Source of the DNA: Eledone cirrhosa
Taxonomy: Eukaryota
NCBI GenBank assembly: GCA_964016885.1
Contig: OZ024757.1
Location: 43,214,001 to 43,278,000 of the forward strand
Reading direction: 5' to 3'
Length of the DNA: 64,000 bases
Part shown: piece by piece, positions 37,801-51,522 of the stretch
How positions within the stretch are numbered: the first letter of the stretch is position 1
Layout of the letters: every line of letters starts with the position of its first letter
The notes under the pieces: model-generated
The model's database searches: none
Seen by the model: only the letters and a program-made list of their open reading frames with translations
Told to the model about the DNA's origin: nothing
Position numbers and translations under genes: made by a program

Positions 37801-39166
37801 GCGCACTACGTCCTAGTGGCCTTGGCGCATGCGCAGTACAGTCCACTGGCCTTGGCGCATGCGCAGTAAGGTCCGGCGGCCTTAGCGCATGCGCAGTAAG
37901 GTCCGACGGCCATGGCGCATGCGCACTAAGGGCCAGCGGTCTTTGCGAATGCGCACAACGGTACGGCGGCCTTGGCGCATGCGCACTACGTTCCGGTGGC
38001 CTTGACGCATGCGCAGTACTGTCCAGTGGCCTTGGCGCATGCGCAGTAAGGTCCGGCGACCTTAGCGCATGCGCAGTACGTTCCGGCGGCCTTGGCGCAT
38101 GCGCACTAAGGGCCATCGTTCTTTGCGCATGCGCACAACGGTCCGGCGGCCTTGGTGCATGCGCACTACGGTCCGGCGGCCTTGGCGCATGCGCACTACG
38201 GTCCGGCGGCTTTGGTGCATGCGCACTACGGTCTAGCAGCATTGGGGCATGCGCACTACAGCCCGGCGGCCTTGGCGCATGCGCAGTACGGCCCGGCGAC
38301 CTTGGCGCATGCGCACTACGGTCTGGCGGCCTTGGCGCACGCGCACTACGGTCCGGCGGTCTTGGCGCATGCGCACTACGGTCCGGCGACCTTGTCGCAT
38401 GCGCACTACGTCCTGGTGGCCTTGGCGCATGCGCAGTACAGTCCAGTGGCCTTGGCGCCTGCGCAGTAAGATCCGGCGGCCATGGCGCATGCGCACTAAG
38501 GGCCAGCGGTCTTTGCGCATGCGCAAAATGGTCCGGCGGCCTTGCCGCATGCACACTACGGCCCGGCGGCCTTGGCGCCTGCGCACTACGGTCCGGCGGC
38601 TTTGGTGCATGCGCACTACGGTCTGGCAGCATTGGCGCATGCGCACTACGGTCCGGCGGTCTTGGCGCATGCGCACTACGGTCCGGCGACCTTGCCGCAT
38701 GCGCACTACATTCCGGTGGCCTTGGCACATGCGCAGTACGGTCCGGTGGCTTTAGCGCATGCGCACTACGGTCTGGCAGACTTGGCGCATGCGCACTACG
38801 GTCTGATGGCCTTGGCGCGTGCGCACTACGGTCCGATGGCCTTGGCGCGTGCGCACTACGGTCCAGTGGCCTTGGCGCATGCGCACAACGGTCCGGTGGC
38901 CTTGGCGCATGCGCACATCGGTCCGGCAGCTTTGGTGCATGCGCACTACGGTCTGGCAACATTGGCGCATGCGCACTACGGTCCGGCGGCCTTGGCGCAT
39001 GCGCAGTACGGCCCGGCGGCCTTGGCGCATGCGCACTACGGTCTGGCGGCCTTGGCGCATGCGCACTACGTTCCGGCGGCGTTGGCGCATGCGCACTACG
39101 GTTCGGAGGCCTTGGCGCATGCGCACTACGGTCCGACGTCCTTGACGCATGTGCAGTACGGTCCGG

Positions 39167-39431
39167 ATGAATTTTTAGCCATTTTAAGCCTTTATGTTGC
39201 CATATTTAGCCATTTTGAGTTATTTTAGTAATTTATGATGCAGTTTAACCATTTTAGAGCCATTTATAGTCATTTTAGACGTTTCAGTCGTGTTAGAGTC
39301 ATTCTAGTCAATTATGATACGGTTTTAGCATTTTATTGTCACTTTAGTCATTTATTATGCCGTCTTAGTCATTTTGTTCTAATTTCAGACATACATGATG
39401 ACATTTCGGCCATGTTAGTCCTTTTTGATGA
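39167..39431 (+). repeat. AT-rich spacer, haplotype A
   Basis: Carries the A diagnostic bases. Shares cttagtcattt with the 6036 copy and has a private gttctaat. Confidence 0.96.
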
Positions 39432-42191
39432 AGTGCCCATGCGCCAAGACCGCCAGACCGTACTGCGCATGCGCCAAGGGCGCCGGACCGTAGTGCGCAT
39501 GCGCCAAGGCCGCCTGACTGTACTGCGCATGCGTCAAGGTCGCAGTACCGAACTGCGCATGCGCTAAGGCCGCCGAACCGCACTGCGCATGCGCCAAGGC
39601 CACCTGACTGTACTGCGCATGCGTCAAGGTCGCAGTACCGAACTGCGCATGCGCTAAGGCCGCCGGACCGTACTGCGCATGCGCCAAGGCCGCCGGACCG
39701 TAGTGCGCATGCGCCAAGGCCGCCTGACTGTACTGCGCATGCATCAAGGTCCCAGTACCGTACTGCGCATGCACCAAGGCCACCAGGACGTAGTGCGCAT
39801 GCGCCAAGGCCATCGGACCGTAGTGCGCATGCGCCAAGTCTGCCAGACCGTAGTGCGCATGCGCCAAAGCCACCGGACCGTACTGCGCATGTGCCAAGGC
39901 CACCGGAACGTAGTGCGCATGCGGCAAGGTCGCTGGACCGTAGTGCGCATGCGCCAAGACCGACGGTCCGGTGGCTTTGGCGCATGCGCACTACGGTCCG
40001 GCGTCCTTGGCGCATGTGCAGTACGGTCCGGTGACCTTGGCGCATGCGCACTACGGTCCAGCTGCTTTGGCGCATGCGCAGTACGGTTCAGCGGCCTTAG
40101 CGCATGCGCACTACGGTCCGGCGGGCTTGGCGCATGTGCAGTATGGTCCGGCGACCTTGACGCATGCGCACTACGGTTCGGCGGCTCTGGCGCATGCGCA
40201 CTGCGGTCCGGCGGCCCTGGCGCATGCGCACTACGTTCCGGTGGCCTTGGCGCATGCGCAGTACGCTCCAGTGGCCTTGGCGCATGCGCAGTAAGGTCCG
40301 GCGGCTTTGGCGCATGCGCACTATGGTCTGTCAGTCTTGGCGCATGAGCACTACGGTCCGGCTGCCTTCGTGGATGCGCACTACGTTCCGGCGGCCTTGC
40401 CGCATGCGCACTACGGTCCGGTGGCTTTGGCGCATGCGCACTACGGTCTGGCAGACTTGGCGCATGCGCACTACGGTCCGATGGCCTTGGCGCATGCGCA
40501 CTACGGTCTGGCAGCATTGGCGCATGCGCACTACGGTCCGGCGGTCTTGGCGCATGCGCACTACGGTCCGGCGACCTTGCCGCATGCGCACTACGTTCCG
40601 GTGGCCTTGGCACATGCGCAGTACGGTCCGGTGGCTTTAGCGCATGCGCACTACGGTCTGGCAGACTTGGCGCATGCGCACTACGGTCCGATGGCCTTGG
40701 CGCGTGCGCACTACGGTCCAGTGGCCTTGGCGCATGCGCACAACGGTCCGGCGGCCTTGGCGCATGCGCACTACGGTCCGGCAGCTTTGGTGCATGCGCA
40801 CTACGGTCTGGCAGCATTGGCGCATGCGCACTACGGTCCGGCGGCCTTGGCGCATGCGCAGTAAGGTCCGGCGGCCATGGCGCATGCGCACTAAGGGCCA
40901 GCGGTCTTTGCGCATGCGCACAATGGTACGGCGGCCTTGGCGCATGCGCACTACGTTCCGGTGGCCTTGACGCATGCGCAGTACTGTCCAGTGGCCTTGG
41001 CGCATGCGCAGTAAGGTCCGGCGGCCTTAGCGCATGCGCAGTACGTTCCGGCGGCCTTGGCGCATGCGCACTAAGGGCCATCGTTCTTTGCGCATGCGCA
41101 CAACGGTCCGGCGGCCTTGGTGCATGCGCACTACGGTCCGGCGGCCTTGGCGCATGCGCACTACGGTCCGGCGGCTTTGGTGCATGCGCACTACGGTCTA
41201 GCAGCATTGGAGCATGCGCACTACAGCCCGGCGGCCTTGGCGCATGCGCAGTACGGCCCGGCGACCTTGGCGCATGCGCACTACGGTCTGGCGGCCTTGG
41301 CGCACGCGCACTACGGTCCGGCGGTCTTGGCGCATGCGCACTACGGTCCGGCGACCTTGCCGCATGCGCACTACGTTCCGGTGGCCTTGGCACATGCGCA
41401 GTACGGTCCGGTGGCTTTGGCGCATGCGCACTACGGTCTGGCAGACTTGGCGCATGCACACTACGGTCCGATGGCCTTGGCGCATGCGCACTACGTCCTG
41501 GTGGCCTTGGCGCATGCGCAGTACAGTCCAGTGGCCTTGGCGCATGCGCAGTGAGGTCCGGCGGCCTTAGCGCATGCGCAGTAAGGTCCGGCGGCCATGG
41601 CGCATGCGCACTAAGGGTCAGCGGTCTTTGCGCATGCGCACAACGGTCCGGCGGCCTTGGCGCATGCACACTACGGCCCGGCGGCCTTGGCGCCTGCGCA
41701 CTACGGTCCGGCGGCTTTGGTGCATGCGCACTACGGTGTGGCAGCATTGGCGCATGCGCACTACGGTCTGGCAGACTTGGCGCATGCGCACTACGGTCCG
41801 ATGGCCTTGGCGCGTGCGCACTACGTTCTGGTGGCCTTGGCGCATGCACAGTACGGTCCAGTGGCCTTGGCGCATGCGCACAACGGTCCGGCGGCCTTGG
41901 CGCATGCGCACTACGGTCCGGCAGCTTTGGTGCATGCGCACTACGGTCTGGCAGCATTGGCGCATGCGCACTACGGTCCGGCGGCCTTGGCGCATGCGCA
42001 GTACGGCCCGGTGGCCTTGGCGCATGCGCACTACGGTCTGGCGGCCTTGGCGCATGCGCACTACGGTCCGGCGGCCTTGGCGCATGCGCACTACGGTCCG
42101 GCGGCGTTGGCGCATGCGCACTACGGTTCGGAGGCCTTGGCGCATGCGCACTACGGTCCGACGTTCTTGACGCATGTGCAGTACGGTCCGG

Positions 42192-42456
42192 ATGACTTTT
42201 TAGCCATTTTAAGCCTTTGTGTTGCCATATTTAGCCATTTTGAGTTATTTTAGTAATTTATGATGCAGTTTAACCATTTTAGAGCCATTTATAGTCATTT
42301 TAGACGTTTCAGTCGTGTTAGAGTCATTCTAGTCAATTATGATACGGTTTTAGCATTTTATTGTCACTTTAGTCATTTATTATGCCGTCTTAGCCACTTT
42401 GTTGTAATTTCAGACATACATGATGACATTTCGGCCATGTTAGTCCTTTTTGATGA
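42192..42456 (+). repeat. AT-rich spacer, haplotype B
   Basis: Carries the B diagnostic bases. Confidence 0.96.
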
Positions 42457-44427
42457 CGTGCCCATGCGCCAAGACCGCCAGACCGTACTGCGCACGCGTC
42501 GATACGGCCTGATCGTAGTGCGCATGCGCCAAAGCCGCCTAACCGTAGTGCGCATGCGCCAAGGCCGCCGATACATAGTGCACATGCGCCAAGGCCGTCG
42601 GACCATACTGCGCATGCGCCAAGGGCGCCGGACAGTTGTGCGCATGCACCAAGGCCGCCTGACTTACTGCGCATGCGTCAAGGTCGCAGTACCGAACTGC
42701 GCATGCGCTAAGGCCTCCGGACCGTACTGCGCATGCGCCAAGGCCACCTGACTGTACTGCGCATGCGTCAAGGTCGCAGTACCGAACTGCGTATGCGCTA
42801 AGGCCGCCGGACCGTACTGCGCATGCGCCAAGGCCGCCGGACCGTAGTGCGCATGCGCCAAGGCCGCCTGACTGTACTGCGCATGCATCAAAGTCCCAGT
42901 ACCGTACTGCACATGCACCAAGACCGCCGGACCGTAGTGCGCATGCGCCAGAGCCGCCGAACCGTAGTGCGCATGCGCCAAGGCCGCCGGACCATACTGC
43001 GCATGCGCCAAGGCCGCCGGGCCGTAGTGCGCATGCGCCAAAGACGCGGGCCCGTAGTGCGCATGCGCCAAGGCCACCTGACTGTACTGCGAGTGCGTCA
43101 AGGTCGCAGTACTGAACTGCGCATGCGCTAAGGCCGCCGGACCGTAATGTGCATGCGCCAAGGCCGCCTGACTGTACTGCGCATGCGTCAAGGTCGCAGT
43201 ACCGAACTGCGCATGCGTTAAGGCCGGCGGCCTTGGCGCATGCGCACTACGTTCCGGTGGCCTTGACGCATGCGCAGTACTGTCCAGTGGCCTTGGCGCA
43301 TGCGCAGTAAGGTCCGGCGGCCTTAGCGCATGCGCAGTACGTTCCGGCGGCCTTGGCGCATGCGCACTAAGGGCCATCGTTCTTTGCGCATGCGCACAAC
43401 GGTCCGGCGGCCTTGGTGCATGCGCACTACGGTCCGGCAGCCTTGGCGCATGCGCACTACGGTCCGGCGGCTTTGGTGCATGCGCACTACGGTCTAGCAG
43501 CATTGGGGCATGCGCACTACAGCCCGGCGGCCTTGGCGCATGCGCAGTACGGCCCGGCGACCTTGGCGCATGCGCACTACGGTCTGGCGGCCTTGGCGCA
43601 CGCGCACTACGGTCCGGCGGTCTTGGCGCATGCGCACTACGGTCCGGCGACCTTGTCGCATGCGCACTACGTCCTGGTGGCCTTGGCGCATGCGCAGTAC
43701 AGTCCAGTGGCCTTGGCGCCTGCGCAGTAAGATCCGGCGGCCATGGCGCATGCGCACTAAGGGCCAGCGGTCTTTGCGCATGCGCAAAATGGTCCGGCGG
43801 CCTTGCCGCATGCACACTACGGCCCGGCGGCCTTGGCGCCTGCGCACTACGGTCCGGCGGCTTTGGTGCATGCGCACTACGGTCTGGCAGCATTGGCGCA
43901 TGCGCACTACGGTCCGGCGGTCTTGGCGCATGCGCACTACGGTCCGGCGACCTTGCCGCATGCGCACTACATTCCGGTGGCCTTGGCACATGCGCAGTAC
44001 GGTCCGGTGGCTTTAGCGCATGCGCACTACGGTCTGGCAGACTTGGCGCATGCGCACTACGGTCTGATGGCCTTGGCGCGTGCGCACTACGGTCCGATGG
44101 CCTTGGCGCGTGCGCACTACGGTCCAGTGGCCTTGGCGCATGCGCACAACGGTCCGGTGGCCTTGGCGCATGCGCACTACGGTCCGGCAGCTTTGGTGCA
44201 TGCGCACTACGGTCTGGCAACATTGGCGCATGCGCACTACGGTCCGGCGGCCTTGGCGCATGCGCAGTACGGCCCGGCGGCCTTGGCGCATGCGCACTAC
44301 GGTCTGGCGGCCTTGGCGCATGCGCACTACGTTCCGGCGGCGTTGGCGCATGCGCACTACGGTTCGGAGGCCTTGGCGCATGCGCACTACGGTCCGACGT
44401 CCTTGACGCATGTGCAGTACGGTCCGG

Positions 44428-44692
44428 ATGAATTTTTAGCCATTTTAAGCCTTTATGTTGCCATATTTAGCCATTTTGAGTTATTTTAGTAATTTATGAT
44501 GCAGTTTAACCATTTTAGAGCCATTTATAGTCATTTTAGACGTTTCAGTCGTGTTAGAGTCATTCTAGTCAATTATGATACGGTTTTAGCATTTTATTGT
44601 CACTTTAGTCATTTATTATGCCGTCTTAGCCATTTTGTTGTAATTTCAGACATACATGATGACATTTCGGCCATGTTAGTCCTTTTTGATGA
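44428..44692 (+). repeat. AT-rich spacer, haplotype A
   Basis: Carries the A diagnostic bases. Confidence 0.96.
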
Positions 44693-47600
44693 AGTGCCCA
44701 TGCGCCAAGACCGCCAGACCGTACTGCGCATGCGCCAAGGGCGCCGGACCGTAGTGCGCATGCGCCAAGGCCGCCTGACTGTACTGCGCATGCGTCAAGG
44801 TCGCAGTACCGAACTGCGCATGCGCTAAGGCCGCCGAACCGCACTGCGCATGCGCCAAGGCCACCTGACTGTACTGCGCATGCGTCAAGGTCGCAGTACC
44901 GAACTGCGCATGCGCTAAGGCCGCCGGACCGTACTGCGCATGCGCCAAGGCCGCCGGACCGTAGTGCGCATGCGCCAAGTCCGCCTGACTGTACTGCGCA
45001 TGCATCAAGGTCCCAGTACCGTACTGCGCATGCACCAAGGCCACCAGGACGTAGTGCGCATGCGCCAAGGCCATCGGACCGTAGTGCGCATGCGCCAAGT
45101 CTGCCAGACCGTAGTGCGCATGCGCCAAAGCCACCGGACCGTACTGCGCATGTGCCAAGGCCACCGGAACGTAGTGCGCATGCGGCAAGGTCGCTGGACC
45201 GTAGTGCGCATGCGCCAAGACCGACGGTCCGGTGGCTTTGGCGCATGCGCACTACGGTCCGGCGTCCTTGGCGCATGTGCAGTACGGTCCGGTGACCTTG
45301 GCGCATGCGCACTACGGTCCAGCTGCTTTGGCGCATGCGCAGTACGGTTCAGCGGCCTTAGCGCATGCGCACTACGGTCCGGCGGGCTTGGCGCATGTGC
45401 AGTATGGTCCGGCGACCTTGACGCATGCGCACTACGGTTCGGCGGCTCTGGCGCATGCGCACTGCGGTCCGGCGGCCTTGGCGCATGCGCACTACGTTCC
45501 GGTGGCCTTGGCGCATGCGCAGTACGCTCCAGTGGCCTTGGCGCATGCGCAGTAAGGTCCGGCGGCTTTGGCGCATGCGCACTATGGTCTGTCAGTCTTG
45601 GCGCATGCGCACTACGGTCCGGCTGCCTTCGTGGATGCGCACTACGTTCCGGCGGCCTTGCCGCATGCGCACTACGGTCCGGTGGCTTTGGCGCATGCGC
45701 ACTACGGTCTGGCAGACTTGGCGCATGCGCACTACGGTCCGATGGCCTTGGCGCATGCGCACTACGGTCTGGCAGCATTGGCGCATGCGCACTACGGTCC
45801 GGCGGTCTTGGCGCATGCGCACTACGGTCCGGCGACCTTGCCGCATGCGCACTACGTTCCGGTGGCCTTGGCACATGCGCAGTACGGTCCGGTGGCTTTA
45901 GCGCATGCGCACTACGGTCTGGCAGACTTGGCGCATGCGCACTACGGTCCGATGGCCTTGGCGCGTGCGCACTACGGTCCAGTGGCCTTGGCGCATGCGC
46001 ACAACGGTCCGGCGGCCTTGGCGCATGCGCACTACGGTCCGGCAGCTTTGGTGCATGCGCACTACGGTCTGGCAGCATTGGCGCATGCGCACTACGGTCC
46101 GGCGGCCTTGGCGCATGCGCAGTAAGGTCCGGCGGCCATGGCGCATGCGCACTAAGGGCCAGCGGTCTTTGCGCATGCGCACAATGGTACGGCGGCCTTG
46201 GCGCATGCGCACTACGTTCCGGTGGCCTTGACGCATGCGCAGGACTGTCCAGTGGCCTTGGCGCATGCGCAGTAAGGTCCGGCGGCCTTAGCGCATGCGC
46301 AGTACGTTCCGGCGGCCTTGGCGCATGCGCACTAAGGGCCATCGTTCTTTGCGCATGCGCACAACGGTCCGGCGACCTTGCCGCATGCGCACTACGTTCC
46401 GGTGGCCTTGGCACATGCGCAGTACGGTCCGGTGGCTTTGGCGCATGCGCACTACGGTCTGGCAGACTTGGCGCATGCACACTACGGTCCGATGGCCTTG
46501 GCGCATGCGCACTACGTCCTGGTGGCCTTGGCGCATGCGCAGTACAGTCCAGTGGCCTTGGCGCATGCGCAGTGAGGTCCGGCGGCCTTAGCGCATGCGC
46601 AGTAAGGTCCGGCGGCCATGGCGCATGCGCACTAAGGGTCAGCGGTCTTTGCGCATGCGCACAACGGTCCGGCGGCCTTGGCGCATGCACACTACGGCCC
46701 GGCGGCCTTGGCGCCTGCGCACTACGGTCCGGCGGCTTTGGTGCATGCGCACTACGGTGTGGCAGCATTGGCGCATGCGCACTACGGTCTGGCAGACTTG
46801 GCGCATGCGCACTACGGTCCGATGGCCTTGGCGCGTGCGCACTACGTTCTGGTGGCCTTGGCGCATGCGCACTACGTTCCGGTGGCCTTTGCGCATGCGC
46901 AGTACGGTCCAGCGGCCTTGGCGCATGCGCACAACGTTACGGTGGCCTTGGCGCATGCGCAGTACTGTCCAGTGGCCTTGGCGCATGCGCAGTAAGGTCC
47001 GGCGGCCTTAGCGCATGCGCAGTACGTTCCGGCGGCCTTGGCGCATGCGCACTAAGGGCCATCGTTCTTTGCGCATGCGCACAACGGTCCGGCGGCCTTG
47101 GTGCATGCGCACTACGGTCCGGCGGCCTTGGCGCATGCGCACTACGGTCCGGCGGCTTTGGTGCATGCGCACTACGGTCTAGCAGCATTGGGACATGCGC
47201 ACTACAGCCCGGCGGCCTTGGCGCATGCGCAGTACGGCCCGGCGACCTTGGCGCATGCGCACTACGGTCTGGCGGCCTTGGCGCACGCGCACTACGGTCC
47301 GGCGGTCTTGGCGCATGCGCACTACGGTCCGGCGACCTTGCCGCATGCGCACTACGTTCCGGTGGCCTTGGCACATGCGCAGTACGGTCCGGTGGCTTTG
47401 GCGCATGCGCACTACGGTCTGGCAGACTTGGCGCATGCGCACTACGGTCCGATGGCCTTGGCGCATGCGCACTACGTCCTAGTGGCCTTGGCGCATGCGC
47501 AGTACAGTCCACTGGCCTTGGCGCATGCGCAGTAAGGTCCGGCGGCCTTAGCGCATGCGCAGTAAGGTCCGACGGCCATGGCGCATGCGCACTAAGGGCC

Positions 47601-48862
47601 AGCGGTCTTTGCGAATGCGCACAACGGTACGGCGGCCTTGGCGCATGCGCACTACGTTCCGGTGGCCTTGACGCATGCGCAGTACTGTCCAATGGCCTTG
47701 GCGCATGCGCAGTAAGGTCCGGCGACCTTAGCGCATGCGCAGTAAGGTCCGGCGACCTTAGCGCATGCGCAGTACGTTCCGGCGGCCTTGGCGCATGCGC
47801 ACTAAGGGCCATCGTTCTTTGCGCATGCGCACAACGGTCCGGCGGCCTTGGTGCATGCGCACTACGGTCCGGCGGCCTTGGCGCATGCGCACTACGGTCC
47901 GGCGGCTTTGGTACATGCGCACTACGGTCTAGCAGCATTGGGGCATGCGCACTACAGCCCGGCGGCCTTGGCGCATGCGCAGTACGGCCCGGCGACCTTG
48001 GCGCATGCGCACTACGGTCTGGCGGCCTTGGCGCACGCGCACTACGGTCCGGCGGTCTTGGCGCATGCGCACTACGGTCCGGCGACCTTGTCGCATGCGC
48101 ACTACGTCCTGGTGGCCTTGGCGCATGCGCAGTACAGTCCAGTGGCCTTGGCGCCTGCGCAGTAAGATCCGGCGGCCATGGCGCATGCGCACTAAGGGCC
48201 AGCGGTCTTTGCGCATGCGCAAAATGGTCCGGCGGCCTTGCCGCATGCACACTACGGCCCGGCGGCCTTGGCGCCTGCGCACTACGGTCCGGCGGCTTTG
48301 GTGCATGCGCACTACGGTCTGGCAGCATTGGCGCATGCGCACTACGGTCCGGCGGTCTTGGCGCATGCGCACTACGGTCCGGCGACCTTGCCGCATGCGC
48401 ACTACATTCCGGTGGCCTTGGCACATGCGCAGTACGGTCCGGTGGCTTTAGCGCATGCGCACTACGGTCTGGCAGACTTGGCGCATGCGCACTACGGTCT
48501 GATGGCCTTGGCGCGTGCGCACTACGGTCCGATGGCCTTGGCGCGTGCGCACTACGGTCCAGTGGCCTTGGCGCATGCGCACAACGGTCCGGTGGCCTTG
48601 GCGCATGCGCACTACGGTCCGGCAGCTTTGGTGCATGCGCACTACGGTCTGGCAACATTGGCGCATGCGCACTACGGTCCGGCGGCCTTGGCGCATGCGC
48701 AGTACGGCCCGGCGGCCTTGGCGCATGCGCACTACGGTCTGGCGGCCTTGGCGCATGCGCACTACGTTCCGGCGGCGTTGGCGCATGCGCACTACGGTTC
48801 GGAGGCCTTGGCGCATGCGCACTACGGTCCGACGTCCTTGACGCATGTGCAGTACGGTCCGG

Positions 48863-49127
48863 ATGAATTTTTAGCCATTTTAAGCCTTTATGTTGCCATA
48901 TTTAGCCATTTTGAGTTATTTTAGTAATTTATGATGCAGTTTAACCATTTTAGAGCCATTTATAGTCATTTTAGACGTTTCAGTCGTGTTAGAGTCATTC
49001 TAGTCAATTATGATACGGTTTTAGCATTTTATTGTCACTTTAGTCATTTATTATGCCGTCTTAGCCATTTTGTTGTAATTTCAGACATACATGATGACAT
49101 TTCGGCCATGTTAGTCCTTTTTGATGA
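48863..49127 (+). repeat. AT-rich spacer, haplotype A
   Basis: Carries the A diagnostic bases. Confidence 0.96.
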
Positions 49128-51257
49128 AGTGCCCATGCGCCAAGACCGCCAGACCGTACTGCGCATGCGCCAAGGGCGCCGGACCGTAGTGCGCATGCGC
49201 CAAGGCCGCCTGACTGTACTGCGCATGCGTCAAGGTCGCAGTACCGAACTGCGCATGCGCTAAGGCCGCCGAACCGCACTGCGCATGCGCCAAGGCCACC
49301 TGACTGTACTGCGCATGCGTCAAGGTCGCAGTACCGAACTGCGCATGCGCTAAGGCCGCCGGACCGTACTGCGCATGCGCCAAGGCCGCCGGACCGTAGT
49401 GCGCATGCGCCAAGGCCGCCTGACTGTACTGCGCATGCATCAAGGTCCCAGTACCGTACTGCGCATGCACCAAGGCCACCAGGACGTAGTGCGCATGCGC
49501 CAAGGCCATCGGACCGTAGTGCGCATGCGCCAAGTCTGCCAGACCGTAGTGCGCATGCGCCAAAGCCACCGGACCGTACTGCGCATGTGCCAAGGCCACC
49601 GGAACGTAGTGCGCATGCGGCAAGGTCGCTGGACCGTAGTGCGCATGCGCCAAGACCGACGGTCCGGTGGCTTTGGCGCATGCGCACTACGGTCCGGCGT
49701 CCTTGGCGCATGTGCAGTACGGTCCGGTGACCTTGGCGCATGCGCACTACGGTCCAGCTGCTTTGGCGCATGCGCAGTACGGTTCAGCGGCCTTAGCGCA
49801 TGCGCACTACGGTCCGGCGGGCTTGGCGCATGTGCAGTATGGTCCGGCGATCTTGACGCATGCGCACTACGGTTCGGCGGCTCTGGCGCATGCGCACTGC
49901 GGTCCGGCGGCCTTGGCGCATGCGCACTACGTTCCGGTGGCCTTGGCGCATGCGCAGTACGCTCCAGTGGCCTTGGCGCATGCGCAGTAAGGTCCGGCGG
50001 CTTTGGCGCATGCGCACTATGGTCTGTCAGTCTTGGCGCATGCGCACTACGGTCCGGCTGCCTTCGTGGATGCGCACTACGTTCCGGCGGCCTTGCCGCA
50101 TGCGCACTACGGTCCGGTGGCTTTGGCGCATGCGCACTACGGTCTGGCAGACTTGGCGCATGCGCACTACGGTCCGATGGCCTTGGCGCATGCGCACTAC
50201 GGTCTGGCAGCATTGGCGCATGCGCACTACGGTCCGGCGGTCTTGGCGCATGCGCACTACGGTCCGGCGACCTTGCCGCATGCGCACTACGTTCCGGTGG
50301 CCTTGGCACATGCGCAGTACGGTCCGGTGGCTTTAGCGCATGCGCACTACGGTCTGGCAGACTTGGCGCATGCGCACTACGGTCCGATGGCCTTGGCGCG
50401 TGCGCACTACGGTCCAGTGGCCTTGGCGCATGCGCACAACGGTCCGGCGGCCTTGGCGCATGCGCACTACGGTCCGGCAGCTTTGGTGCATGCGCACTAC
50501 GGTCTGGCAGCATTGGCGCATGCGCACTACGGTCCGGCGGTCTTGGCGCATGCGCACTACGGTCCGGCGACCTTGCCGCATGCGCACTACGTTCCGGTGG
50601 CCTTGGCACATGCGCAGTACGGTCCGGTGGCTTTGGCGCATGCGCACTACGTTCCGGTGGCCTTGACGCATGCGCAGTACTGTCCAGTGGCCTTGGCGCA
50701 TGCGCAGTAAGGTCCGGCGGCCTTAGCGCATGCGCAGTACGTTCCGGCGGCCTTGGCGCATGCGCACTAAGGGCCATCGTTCTTTGCGCATGCGCACAAC
50801 GGTCCGGCGACCTTGCCGCATGCGCACTACGTTCCGGTGGCCTTGGCACATGCGCAGTACGGTCCGGTGGCTTTGGCGCATGCGCACTACGGTCTGGCAG
50901 ACTTGGCGCATGCACACTACGGTCCGATGGCCTTGGCGCATGCGCACTACGTCCTGGTGGCCTTGGCGCATGCGCAGTACAGTCCAGTGGCCTTGGCGCA
51001 TGCGCAGTGAGGTCCGGCGGCCTTAGCGCATGCGCAGTAAGGTCCGGCGGCCATGGCGCATGCGCACTAAGGGTCAGCGGTCTTTGCGCATGCGCACAAC
51101 GGTCCGGCGGCCTTGGCGCATGCACACTACGGCCCGGCGGCCTTGGCGCCTGCGCACTACGGTCCGGCGGCTTTGGTGCATGCGCACTACGGTTCGGAGG
51201 CCTTGGCGCATGCGCACTACGGTCCGACGTTCTTGACGCATGTGCAGTACGGTCCGG

Positions 51258-51522
51258 ATGACTTTTTAGCCATTTTAAGCCTTTGTGTTGCCATATTTAG
51301 CCATTTTGAGTTATTTTAGTAATTTATGATGCAGTTTAACCATTTTAGAGCCATTTATAGTCATTTTAGACGTTTCAGTCGTGTTAGAGTCATTCTAGTC
51401 AATTATGATACGGTTTTAGCATTTTATTGTCACTTTAGTCATTTATTATGCCGTCTTAGCCACTTTGTTGTAATTTCAGACATACATGATGACATTTCGG
51501 CCATGTTAGTCCTTTTTGATGA
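51258..51522 (+). repeat. AT-rich spacer, haplotype B
   Basis: Carries the B diagnostic bases. Confidence 0.96.

Noticed and set aside
12293-48866. Very long ORFs (1326, 1368, 1308 aa) of GACALRSGGL repeats, and overlapping AHAHYGPAAL, PRPPDRSAHA, MRQGRRTVVR and WRMRTTVRRP ORFs
   Set aside because: These are a by-product of a 30-bp monomer that is open in five of six frames. ORFs overlap on both strands, run through inversion junctions, and gain stops and frameshifts between near-identical copies. There is no unique domain and no visible codon-position bias.
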